Positions 20,046 through 29,500 of a stretch of 64,000 nucleotides of DNA are shown one piece after another. A model generated the notes under the pieces. That model made no database searches, was not told where the DNA came from, and was given only the letters and a program-made list of their open reading frames with translations. The stretch comes from Bacteroidia bacterium (GTDB lineage: Bacteria; Bacteroidota; Bacteroidia; 2-12-FULL-35-15), in NCBI GenBank assembly GCA_036399275.1, contig DASWNK010000104.1:565-64564 (forward strand), written 5' to 3'. The position numbers were made by a program, and so were the translations under genes. Within the stretch, counting starts at the first letter, position 1. Each line of letters begins with the position of its first letter.

Positions 20046-20819
20046 TTAGTGTTCGCTTAGCTTAGTTTTATTCGTCATATTGTTAATGACCGATAAAACG
20101 ATGTACAAAAATATAATAAAAGGGATTGCAATGAACTGAAATAGTATTAACAAAATCACTGAAATTATTAAAAAAGAGTACCGGATCTTATTGTCAGGCC
20201 AGCCGAAGTTTTTGAATTTCAGAGCAAACAAGGGTAATTCCGCTATTAAGAGGTAGGACATAACTATTGTTAATCCGATCAATAAATAGGGATTCAATAG
20301 GAGGGTGTGGTATTTTCCGTAGCCATCTCTATGAAATTCAATGATCAATGGCAGAGAACAAATCAAAATAGTGTTTGCTGGTGTTGGTACTCCGATAAAA
20401 GAATCTGTTTGGCGGGTATCAATGTTGAATTTTGCCAGCCGGATACAGGAAAAGATGGTAATTAAGAATGCGGTGTAAGGCAGAAAAGGAGCAATCGTGC
20501 CAAAAAAAGTTGTATCCACAACGCCTTGAGAGAAGTAATTTTTATAATCGATACCTTGTTTAATTAAGTGGTACATCACCACTCCGGGAACAACACCAAA
20601 GGTTACCATATCCGCCAGAGAATCCAGTTGTTTTCCCATTTCGCCACCTACTTTTAACAAACGGGCAACAAATCCATCAAAGAAATCCAATACGGCCGCT
20701 AGACCTACCAGATAAGCACTCCAGGTGAGGTTCCCGTTAAATGCACAGACAATAGCCAGACAGCCGCAAAGCAAATTACTGCAGGTGATTGCATTGGGAA
20801 TGTGTTTTTTGATGCTCAT
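20046..20819 (-). CDS. pssA: CDP-diacylglycerol--serine O-phosphatidyltransferase
   Basis: 257 aa. CDP-alcohol phosphatidyltransferase motif DFFDGFVARLLKVGGEMGKQLDSLADMVTFG, and multiple TM helices. Confidence 0.85.
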   Translation of the reverse strand: MSIKKHIPNAITCSNLLCGCLAIVCAFNGNLTWSAYLVGLAAVLDFFDGFVARLLKVGGEMGKQLDSLADMVTFGVVPGVVMYHLIKQGIDYKNYFSQGVVDTTFFGTIAPFLPYTAFLITIFSCIRLAKFNIDTRQTDSFIGVPTPANTILICSLPLIIEFHRDGYGKYHTLLLNPYLLIGLTIVMSYLLIAELPLFALKFKNFGWPDNKIRYSFLIISVILLILFQFIAIPFIIFLYIVLSVINNMTNKTKLSEH

Positions 20820-20904
20820 ATTGTGGCGAAATTACTAAAAATTAATGAGAGATATGATCCTCGATTTGCCTGGTTTCAGTTTCTCCGCTATATCTTAACA
20901 GGCA

Positions 20905-22404
20905 GTGGATACATTGTTCCGCGGAAAAAACTTTTATTACCTTTATCCGATGCAATTGTTTTTGCCCATAGTATACCTGCTTGCCTTTCTATTCCTGATT
21001 TGGAAGTGGAAGTTTTTTGCATTTCAGGGTTTGTCAAAAAAGCAGCTTGTGCTACTCTTTTTAGTGAAAACAATAGCGGGTATGGCTGTTTTGCTCGTCT
21101 ACACCTATTATTATCCCAGTTCCGATTTCCATCTTTATTTTCGTGATAGTAAAACAATTGTTGATCATTTCTTTTCCGGAAGTTCGCATTTTGTTTTGCA
21201 GGGTTGGAATTCCAGTTTTGATGAGGCTTTTTTTAACAACTCAAGAGTGATCATTAGCATCAATGTACTGCTTCAGCTTTTTTCCTTCAATAATATCTTT
21301 GTCCATATATTATTCTTCTGTTTCTTCTCCTTCATCGGATTGACCGCTTTATATAAGGCCTTCCTGAAATACTTTCCTCAGAAAAATTTTCTTCTTGTAA
21401 TTGGAATTTATTTAGTCCCTTCGGTGCTTTTCTGGACAGCCGGGATCTATAAAGAAACCGTCAGCATTGCTTGTGTAGGACTCCTGATTTATACCTGCGA
21501 TTTTGGGCTGCAAAAGGCGTATTCAAGAGGGCAACTGCTTTTTACCGTTTTTTTAATCGTTGCCTTGTTTTTTGTAAAGATCCATGTAGCGGCTGCCATC
21601 ATTCCTTTATTAGCGGTAAATTATTTTTTTAGCCGTAGTGGTAATAAAAAGCTGGGATTAAAGTACTTGCTTGTTTTTCTTTCATTGCTGCTAATGGTTC
21701 ATCTATTATCAATAATAAGCGAAAAGAGCAATGTGTATAAAATGATTGCTGATAAACAGGCAAAAGCCATTAGTGAGGCCGAAGGGGGGATGTTTCTTCT
21801 GAACGACCGGAATTTTATCCGGGTAGATCATGGACATCCGGAAATATTGGAAATGCAATCCGACTCCAGTTTCAGGATAAAGAAGGGGAGTAGTTATTTA
21901 TCCTGGAAGCTGGATAATATGAGAGATACCAGCTTTATCAGTAATTCAACAGATTCTTCCGTTTTTCAGATGCACTATGCCATTATACCGGTTAAAACAG
22001 TGGTGAATGTTGATCGTTTGGAACCCTCTTTTTGGATAATTATGAAGAACCTTCCTTTTGCAATTGCCTGCGTTATTATCCAGCCTTCCATATTCAATAT
22101 TGCTAACGGCTTGCAACTGCTCGCTGCGGTAGAAAATATGTGGCTGATGCTTCTGATAATTTTAGCTCTTGTTTTCTTTGATAAAAAAATATTGAAGCAT
22201 AAGGAAATTGTATTTTTTAGCGTTTTTTTTGCTCTCATACAATTTGCGGAAATCGGATTAATGACTCCTGCAGTGGGCGCCATGGTAAGATACAAGGTTA
22301 CTGCTTTGCCTTTCCTTGTAACGGCATGTTTGCTATGCATCGACTTTCCTGCAATTGGAAGATTATTGATGAAACCTAAAAGTCCGGATTCTTATAAAGA
22401 ATAA
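20905..22404 (+). CDS. Polytopic membrane protein of unknown function (possibly GT-C-like or polymerase-like)
   Basis: 499 aa, roughly 10 or more hydrophobic helices plus a central soluble loop. The true start may be Met16 (20950). The 3' end overlaps the convergent GT-C gene by 29 nt. Confidence 0.5.
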   Translation: MDTLFRGKNFYYLYPMQLFLPIVYLLAFLFLIWKWKFFAFQGLSKKQLVLLFLVKTIAGMAVLLVYTYYYPSSDFHLYFRDSKTIVDHFFSGSSHFVLQGWNSSFDEAFFNNSRVIISINVLLQLFSFNNIFVHILFFCFFSFIGLTALYKAFLKYFPQKNFLLVIGIYLVPSVLFWTAGIYKETVSIACVGLLIYTCDFGLQKAYSRGQLLFTVFLIVALFFVKIHVAAAIIPLLAVNYFFSRSGNKKLGLKYLLVFLSLLLMVHLLSIISEKSNVYKMIADKQAKAISEAEGGMFLLNDRNFIRVDHGHPEILEMQSDSSFRIKKGSSYLSWKLDNMRDTSFISNSTDSSVFQMHYAIIPVKTVVNVDRLEPSFWIIMKNLPFAIACVIIQPSIFNIANGLQLLAAVENMWLMLLIILALVFFDKKILKHKEIVFFSVFFALIQFAEIGLMTPAVGAMVRYKVTALPFLVTACLLCIDFPAIGRLLMKPKSPDSYKE

Positions 22405-23761
22405 GAGTAACTTGTCCTTTACTGATTTTCTTTTCTTCTTTCCAGTTTCTTTTAATTTCTTCTATTGCCACCATCCTGCCCGAATTAATTACATTGCTGT
22501 ATAAAAAATAACGGAATTGATTTATAGAATGATTTTCAATATCGCTGTAAGCATAAGCTTTGTCTGATAATTTGGTATATCGTTCATCTTGCGTTAGCGG
22601 GAACTGACTGCCAATTTCTTTAGGAGCAATGTTACTGCTCTTTACATAGTCGTTCATTTCTTCCTCGGCACTGAAATATGGTAAAATTTTTAATGAGGCG
22701 TCCCAGGCATTTCCAAAACGTTGCGGATAAACAATGAAATTCCCGGCAATTAAACTCACCAAAATAAAGGCGACTACTACCCGTTTTGATTGCTTGTTTT
22801 TTATTTGCTCTATCAGGTAACAAACACCAAGGTTTAGCAATAAGAATACAACCAGGAAATATTTATGTCCGATCGGATTCCTGATCAGAAGCATGAATGC
22901 TGTTAATACGAATAGTGGAACCAAGATCGTTCGAAGTAATTTTTTCAATGAACCAGAATTTTCTTTTCTCAGTAGATAAATACTACCAGCAAGTAATACT
23001 GCCCAGAGTGTAAGGTGGCCTAAATCCAGGCTTTTCCAAATGATGTAAATAAACTGCCGGAACATCATGGCAGGGCCGGTAAACTCTTCCGCATTGTATT
23101 CTCTTTCCGGAGAAAAAAAATACCAGCCGGTTTGCTGTTCATGATAAAAAATCCAAAATCCTAAAATAATAGCCGCTGGAAAATAATTCAGAAGCATCCG
23201 AAACGAAAATCTTGAATTTATAGCAAGATCCAGGATGAACAAAGCAGCAGCCAGCATAATGCCGCGAATGCTGATCATGCATAAGGCTATCAATCCAATA
23301 GCGTATAGCAAGCGTTTGTTAGCGTATAGCGCGTAAAGGCAAAACAAAAAAAAGCAGGCAATGACGCAGTCGTATCCCATTAAAATGGATTGGGTAAGAA
23401 GTACCGGCTCAACGACTAATAGAAGCATTGCAAGAATGAGCGTACGCGGTTTTAAAAATTGTTTGGCAAGCTGAAAATAGCACCAGGCGATTCCGGCTAA
23501 GAAGGGAAGCATAGCCAGGTGAGCAACAGGCAAGTTTTTACCAAAGCATTTAAAAACTAATGTCAGATATGCCGAATATAAAGGAAATCCGCCTGTGTCG
23601 TAGTTCGGTTCAGCAATAAATCCATTGAATCCGTTTTCATAAAAATGAACTGATAATGCAGAAAAGAAAGTGCTGTCCCAAAAAAAGGGAATGCGCAAAC
23701 TGTATAAAGTGAGGAGAATAAAAAAGCCAAATACGGCCAAAAGAATTTTTTTATTCATCAT
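22376..23761 (-). CDS. GT-C fold membrane glycosyltransferase (ArnT/PMT_2, GT39/83-like)
   Basis: 461 aa. Roughly 10 or more TM helices precede a soluble C-terminal domain. N-terminal sequence: LRIPFFWDSTFFSALSVHFYENG ... GGFPLYSAYL. The start overlaps the upstream GT2 gene by 11 nt. Confidence 0.6.
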   Translation of the reverse strand: MMNKKILLAVFGFFILLTLYSLRIPFFWDSTFFSALSVHFYENGFNGFIAEPNYDTGGFPLYSAYLTLVFKCFGKNLPVAHLAMLPFLAGIAWCYFQLAKQFLKPRTLILAMLLLVVEPVLLTQSILMGYDCVIACFFLFCLYALYANKRLLYAIGLIALCMISIRGIMLAAALFILDLAINSRFSFRMLLNYFPAAIILGFWIFYHEQQTGWYFFSPEREYNAEEFTGPAMMFRQFIYIIWKSLDLGHLTLWAVLLAGSIYLLRKENSGSLKKLLRTILVPLFVLTAFMLLIRNPIGHKYFLVVFLLLNLGVCYLIEQIKNKQSKRVVVAFILVSLIAGNFIVYPQRFGNAWDASLKILPYFSAEEEMNDYVKSSNIAPKEIGSQFPLTQDERYTKLSDKAYAYSDIENHSINQFRYFLYSNVINSGRMVAIEEIKRNWKEEKKISKGQVTLILYKNPDF

Positions 23762-24689
23762 TACGGCTTCTAATAATTTCAGAAATGCTGTATTGAGGTT
23801 TGTTGTTAAGAGTAAGATACATTCTTCCGATGTATTCCCCGATGATCCCCAAGGTAATGAGAATTAAGCCCCCGAAAAAAATAATCAGAATCACCACTGT
23901 TGTCCAGCCTTCGATAAAATTTTCCGCGATAAAATAATCATAGCAATACTTTAACGCAAGACCAATTCCAACCAATGTTGCGATAATTCCCGCTATGGTA
24001 GCCAGACGTAAAGGCAATACAGAAAATCCCGTGAACAATTTCATGAATACGGATGCGGATTTCGATATGGTATAATTGCTTTTTCCGCTTAGGCGTGCCT
24101 GATGGTCAACATCAACCTGGCTTAGGTTCTGAGTGATGGTAAGCAGGATTCCATCTATATAGGGATATGGGCCTGCGAATTTTGCGATCTCGCTTACGGT
24201 TTGTTTGTTAATGATCTTGAATGGAGAAAGGTAAATGCCTTTTGGTTTTGAAACCAATAGTTCGGCAAACTTCCCATTGGCATTGCTTCCTGCATTCTTG
24301 ATCATGTTCTGCTTTTTGCTTCTGAAATTGGCAAAACAAACATCAAAACCTTTTTTACATTCTTCATATAGTTTTAAAATTGCATTCGGATCATGCTGCA
24401 GGTCATCATCCATAATTACGCAATAATTCCCCTTGCTAATGCGTAAGCCTGCAAGTAGCGCGTTGTCCTGCCCCGAATTCTTACGCAGGTTGATTCCTGT
24501 AATGGAAGGGTGATGATGTGCCAGTGAAATGATTTTTTTCCAGCTTTCATCCAAACTTCCATCGTTCACAAGAATTAGTTCATAGGATACGGAGAGATCA
24601 AGGGCCTCTGAAATGCGTTTACGCAGCTCATCCAGGATAGCTGCGCTGTTGTAAACCGGTATGACTATGCTTATTTCGATCTCTTTCAT
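23751..24689 (-). CDS. GT2 polyprenyl-phosphate glycosyltransferase (GtrB/ArnC-like)
   Basis: 312 aa. SIVIPVYNSAAILDEL, LVNDGSLDES, DxD motif IMDDDLQHDP, and two C-terminal TM helices (LPLRLATIAGIIATLVGIGLAL; VVILIIFFGGLILITLGIIGEYIGRMY). Confidence 0.8.
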   Translation of the reverse strand: MKEIEISIVIPVYNSAAILDELRKRISEALDLSVSYELILVNDGSLDESWKKIISLAHHHPSITGINLRKNSGQDNALLAGLRISKGNYCVIMDDDLQHDPNAILKLYEECKKGFDVCFANFRSKKQNMIKNAGSNANGKFAELLVSKPKGIYLSPFKIINKQTVSEIAKFAGPYPYIDGILLTITQNLSQVDVDHQARLSGKSNYTISKSASVFMKLFTGFSVLPLRLATIAGIIATLVGIGLALKYCYDYFIAENFIEGWTTVVILIIFFGGLILITLGIIGEYIGRMYLTLNNKPQYSISEIIRSRNDE

Positions 24690-25282
24690 TTGGTAATAAC
24701 AATGATCAGGTCTTTGTTCAATTGTTCGGCTATTCTGTAACTGAACTCCAGTTTTTTGCTTAAGGTGTTCAGCGTTTCAGTCAGCGTTTGTAAGTTAAAC
24801 CTGAAATGCTGCTCGTTCCCATTTATAGTGGCAGAAGCTTTTGCCAATTTACCAATAATTCCCTTACGTTCCGAAAGATTGATTACCGGCTCCGAAATGA
24901 TAATGGTTGGCGCGCAAAGCAGCATTTTTCTGAAAATATCAGGAAGATCATCCTTAAAATGATAAAGTGAACCTGCAATGATGCATGTATCCGCCTTTGG
25001 AAATTCAATTAGGTCTATAATATTTAATTTTTCTGCTTGAAAGCCTTTTTTTAGCGCATTTTCGACAAAATTGGCATGAATATCTATCCCTTTCCAGCTG
25101 ATTTGATTCTTTTTGCAATATTCTGCAAGAATGATGTCTCCAAAGCACAATTCCGTAACACTTTTGCCGGAAATATACTTGCTGATGACCTTGTATCGCC
25201 TGTAATAATTGCCTTTGTATAGCAAGGACATTACAAAGCGGTAATAATGGATATTTGTATATATGAAACTGCTTTTGCTCAA
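24686..25282 (-). CDS. Putative class I SAM-dependent methyltransferase
   Basis: 198 aa from a TTG start (alternative ATG start at 25231). Motif I-like VTELCFGDI, GIDI, and motif II-like ADTCIIAGSLYHF. ATGA overlap with the downstream GT2 gene. Confidence 0.45.
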   Translation of the reverse strand: MSKSSFIYTNIHYYRFVMSLLYKGNYYRRYKVISKYISGKSVTELCFGDIILAEYCKKNQISWKGIDIHANFVENALKKGFQAEKLNIIDLIEFPKADTCIIAGSLYHFKDDLPDIFRKMLLCAPTIIISEPVINLSERKGIIGKLAKASATINGNEQHFRFNLQTLTETLNTLSKKLEFSYRIAEQLNKDLIIVITK

Positions 25283-25329
25283 ACTAAATAGTTATAAATG
25301 CTTGCTGATTTGCCTTGGCGTTGATCTTG

Positions 25330-25337
25330 CAAATATA
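25330..25337 (-). promoter_or_regulatory. Candidate Bacteroidota -7 promoter box (TATATTTG) for the methyltransferase/GT2/GT-C operon
   Basis: The minus strand reads TATATTTG, an exact match to TAnnTTTG, 47 nt upstream of the TTG start. I found no clear -33 TTTG. Confidence 0.3.
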
Positions 25338-25396
25338 CTGAAGTAAAAGACTTGTTTTTTAAGCAATAAAGCAAGCTTGAAATCGTTTGCCAAAGG

Positions 25397-25428
25397 TTTG
25401 GATATCATTGCAAATTAGTCTAATTTTA
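25397..25428 (+). promoter_or_regulatory. Candidate Bacteroidota promoter for the PorV2/PorU2 operon (TTTG-N20-TAATTTTA)
   Basis: TTTG at 25397-25400, then a 20-nt spacer, then TAATTTTA at 25421-25428 (7 of 8 matches to TAnnTTTG). It ends 9 nt before the ATG at 25438. Confidence 0.35.
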
Positions 25429-25437
25429 TAACCTACT

Positions 25438-26517
25438 ATGAACAAGAGATTTACTGCCACTTCAGTCGTTTTTTTAAGTCTGCTTTCCCATATTTATGCA
25501 CAGGCTCCTAAATACAGCAATGAGTTTTTGAGCATTGGAGTAGGAGCAAGGGCGCTAGGGATGTCCAATTCCTATGTTACCTCCGTAAATGATGTTACAG
25601 CCGGTTACTGGAACCCTGCCGGGTTATTGGGAATCAAAAATCAACACCAGGTGGCATTGATGCACAGCGAGTATTTTGCCGGCATTGCCAAATATGATTA
25701 CGGCGCTTTTGCCACGCGGTTGGATTCTTCCAGTGTGTTGGGCATTAGTTTGGTTCGTTTTGGAGTAGATGATATTCCGAATACCACCGAATTAATCGAT
25801 GCCAATGGAAATGTCGATTACGACAGGATTACCACCTTTTCGGCCGTAGATTATGCCTTCATGGTTTCTTATGCCAAGCAATTAAAAATTCCCGGTCTTA
25901 GGTTGGGAGGAAGCGCAAAAGTGATCCGCAGAAAAGTGGGCGACTTTGCCGGAGCATGGGGCTTTGGCCTGGATGCAGGCGCTCAGTATGATTATAAAAA
26001 GTGGAAATTTGCTGCAATGGCACGCGATGTAACCTCTACCTTCAATGCCTGGAGTTTTAACCTGAGCGAAGAAACCAAACAAGTATTTCTTGCCACAGGA
26101 AATGAGATCCCTGAAAATTCAGTAGAAATTACTTTACCCAAATTGCTTCTTGGCGCTGCCCGCAAGTTTGATTTTACTGAGAAGATTTCTCTGTTAGCGG
26201 AAATCGATCTTGATGCGACCTTCGATGGAAAGAGAAACGTTCTTATAAAAAGCAAGGCGGTAAGCATGGATCCTCATATGGGATTAGAAGCTTCTTACAT
26301 GAATATGATCTTTCTGAGAGGCGGAATAGGAAATTTTCAGACGTATACAGATGCGCTGGGGAAAAATATTAAAACCTTTCAGCCGAACATTGGCGTAGGG
26401 GTGAAAATTAAATCTGTTTACATTGATTATGCCTTAACGGATATTGGTGATCAGTCAGTTGCTCTGTACTCAAATGTATTTTCCATAAAAGTGGATATCA
26501 ATAAAAAGGTCAAATGA
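25438..26517 (+). CDS. PorV/PorQ-family outer-membrane beta-barrel protein, paralog of PorV (PorV2-like)
   Basis: 359 aa with a signal peptide (…SHIYAQA). Its N-terminal motif aligns with the canonical PorV in this window: FLSIGVGARALGMSNSYVTSVNDVTAGYWNPAGL versus FLLITPDSRSGGMGDAGVASLNDMNAVHWNASKL. The rest shows alternating beta-strand patterns to the C-terminus. The stop overlaps the next gene's start (ATGA). Confidence 0.7.
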   Translation: MNKRFTATSVVFLSLLSHIYAQAPKYSNEFLSIGVGARALGMSNSYVTSVNDVTAGYWNPAGLLGIKNQHQVALMHSEYFAGIAKYDYGAFATRLDSSSVLGISLVRFGVDDIPNTTELIDANGNVDYDRITTFSAVDYAFMVSYAKQLKIPGLRLGGSAKVIRRKVGDFAGAWGFGLDAGAQYDYKKWKFAAMARDVTSTFNAWSFNLSEETKQVFLATGNEIPENSVEITLPKLLLGAARKFDFTEKISLLAEIDLDATFDGKRNVLIKSKAVSMDPHMGLEASYMNMIFLRGGIGNFQTYTDALGKNIKTFQPNIGVGVKIKSVYIDYALTDIGDQSVALYSNVFSIKVDINKKVK

Positions 26518-29500
26518 TCAAACGCTTACTTGTTGTATGTATCCTTCTTCTAAGCACTCTCCTGGAAGTGAAGTCGCAGACATATGGCAATGAGTGGATT
26601 AATTACTCTCAAAATTATTATAAAATAAAAATTGCTAAAAACGGTGTTTATCGCATCGACTCTTTAACTATGGCAAGCGCAGGGATTCCAGTCGGCCCCG
26701 GCGGGATAGATCCGAATAACTTTCAACTCTTCAACAAAGGCGCACAGCAAAAAATATATATTGAGGGTGAAAGCGACGGTGTTTTCAATTCTTCCGACTT
26801 CATTGAGTTTTATGCTGAAAAAAATGACGGCACGCTGGATTCATTGCTGTATATAAATTATAGCTTCCTCCCGAATCCATACTATAGTCTCATTAATGAT
26901 ACTGCAGTTTATTACCTCACCTGGAATTCCTCTGTGACGAATAGCCGCATGAGTGTTGAGCCGGTCAGCTCCTTCGCCGGATTTTCTCCCGATAATTATT
27001 TCTTTAAAGATGAAGTTTTGGAATTGCATTCTGGATATTATGAAGGACAAACGGATTACGTGGGAAGTACCGATTCCCGCTACACAAAGTCCGAAGGATG
27101 GTTCGATGGAAATGTGATCGATCTTGGTAATTCGGCTGTTTATGGGCTGAATACTCCCAACGCATTTCTTTCTGGTCCGAATGCTACAATAAAATCAGTC
27201 GTGCTTGGTGCTTCCAAAGATCCTAACATTCTTGGAAATGACCATGAGCTCAAGATTGAATTAAATACTGGTTTATTAGTCGACACTACTTTCCTGGGGT
27301 ATGAAGCCAATCGCTTTATTTACAATGTTCCTGTTTCGATGCTTTCGTCTTCCAATACCTTTAAATTTACAAGTGTGAATTCCGGATTTACTTCCAACCG
27401 CACTGTGGTTTCTTATATCAACGTGAAATATCCCCACACGTTTGACCTGGAAGGGAAAAATGAATTTCTGTTATACGTTCCGGAGAATTCCATCCAACCA
27501 AAATCTTTCTTGACTATCAGTAATTTCAATGCGACAGGAAATACTCATTTATATGACCTCACGAATGGAAAACGAATTGACGTAGTTCAAAATGGAACGC
27601 TAGACAGTGTGTTGGTAGCGAACAGTCTTGGAGAAAAAAAATGTTATATCACTTCCGATGGTTTTATAAATGCGATTGCTTCTTTGCAGCCGGTAACGCC
27701 TTCCGCCAAATTTACCGACTTCTCAACGTTTGCTGTTGATTCTGCTTATGTTATTGTGACCCATAAATCCTTGATGACTGAAGCCTTGGATTATAAGATC
27801 TACCGTAATGCAAATATGTATGGAGGAAATCACAACGTAATAATTGCAGACATCGACGAGCTGTATGATCAGTTTGCTTACGGAATTGCAAAAAGTCCAT
27901 TGTCTGTCAGAGGCTTCTCTAACTATTTATTGAACACTTATCCGTCAGCGCCTCAAAATTTATTTCTGATTGGAAAAGGGTACCATATGCAATTGTCAAG
28001 AAATAATGCAACCTTTTATGCGGCTGATCTTGTGCCTTCTTTTGGAAATCCTTCCAGTGATAATTTACTGACTGCGGGGCTAACTGGTGGCGTTGTTGAA
28101 CCAAGCATTCCTACCGGAAGGCTGGCAGCTTCAATGCCGGCAGAAGTGAGTATTTATTTAGATAAGATCAAGCAATACGAAGATCGCTCTACCAACCCGC
28201 CGGCGGAATGGATGAAGCATATTCTGCATTTCGGCGGAGGAACCACTTCTTTGGAACAAACCAACTTCAAAACGTATCTCAATGGTTATAAAGCTACCCT
28301 GGAAGATACTTTGTTCGGAGGATATGTAAGCGACTTTTTCAAAACAAGCTCAGCTCCAATACAGATCAACACTTCGGATACCTTGCGGACATTTATGAAT
28401 GAGGGCGTTTCAATCATGACATTTTTCGGACATGCGTCTGCAAGCGGTTTTGATCAGAGTATTGACGATATCAATTCCTATAATCCGACACCCGGACATT
28501 ATCCTTTTATGCTTACCAACGGCTGCTATTCCGGAGATATACATTCCTATGAACGCTCTACATCCGAGAATTATGTGATCAATCAAAATCGAGGAATGAT
28601 CGGCTACCTGGCATCTGTTGGTTTGGGGGTTCCTCATGCGCTTAATGCTTTTTCCTCCCAATTCTATAAACAAACATCTCTTACCAATTATGGGAAGAGT
28701 GTAGGAAGCAATATTAAACGGACTGTTGGATTTATCGAATTATCATCCCTCGCCGATCCGGTAATGATGTCGGTATGCAATGAAATGACTTTGCATGGCG
28801 ATCCGGCTCTCATCATTAATGCCCATGAAAATCCCGATTATCGGATCACGAATAATGATGTGTATTTTGACTTGACATCAGAAGTAGATACTTTTACTAT
28901 CTATGCGGTTCGTACCAATCTCGGTAGAGCCTCAGGAGATACCATTTTTACTGAAGCGTTAAGAACTTTCCCTGATGGAAACACACAGAGTTATAAAATA
29001 TTTACACCGGCTCCCAGGTTCAAAGATACAGTCGCTATTAGAATACCGTTTGATTTTTCGAGGGACATAGGGCTCAATAAAGTCAGAATCACGTTGGATT
29101 TTTTTAACCGTGTAGATGAACTGGATGAAACAAACAATTCCACTTCTCCTGATATTAATTTTATTATTATTGGTGGAGATGTGGTTCCTGTTTATCCTTA
29201 TCAATTTGCCATCATTCCAAAAGATACGGTTACATTAAAAGCATCAACAACTGATCTGTTTGCGCCTTCCCGTACTTATGTATTCCAGATCGATACTACC
29301 GATTCGTTTTTAAATCCGCTGGATACAGGTATGGTGACAGCAATTGGCGGCGTCATTAGCTGGAAACCTTCCTTTAATTTCAGTGACACAGTCGTTTATT
29401 ATTTGCGAGTAAGTCCTGATTCCATTTCCCCAACCAGCGGCTACAAATGGCGCGAAAGCTCTTTTCAATATATTGCCGGGAAACGCGGTTGGGAGCAAGC

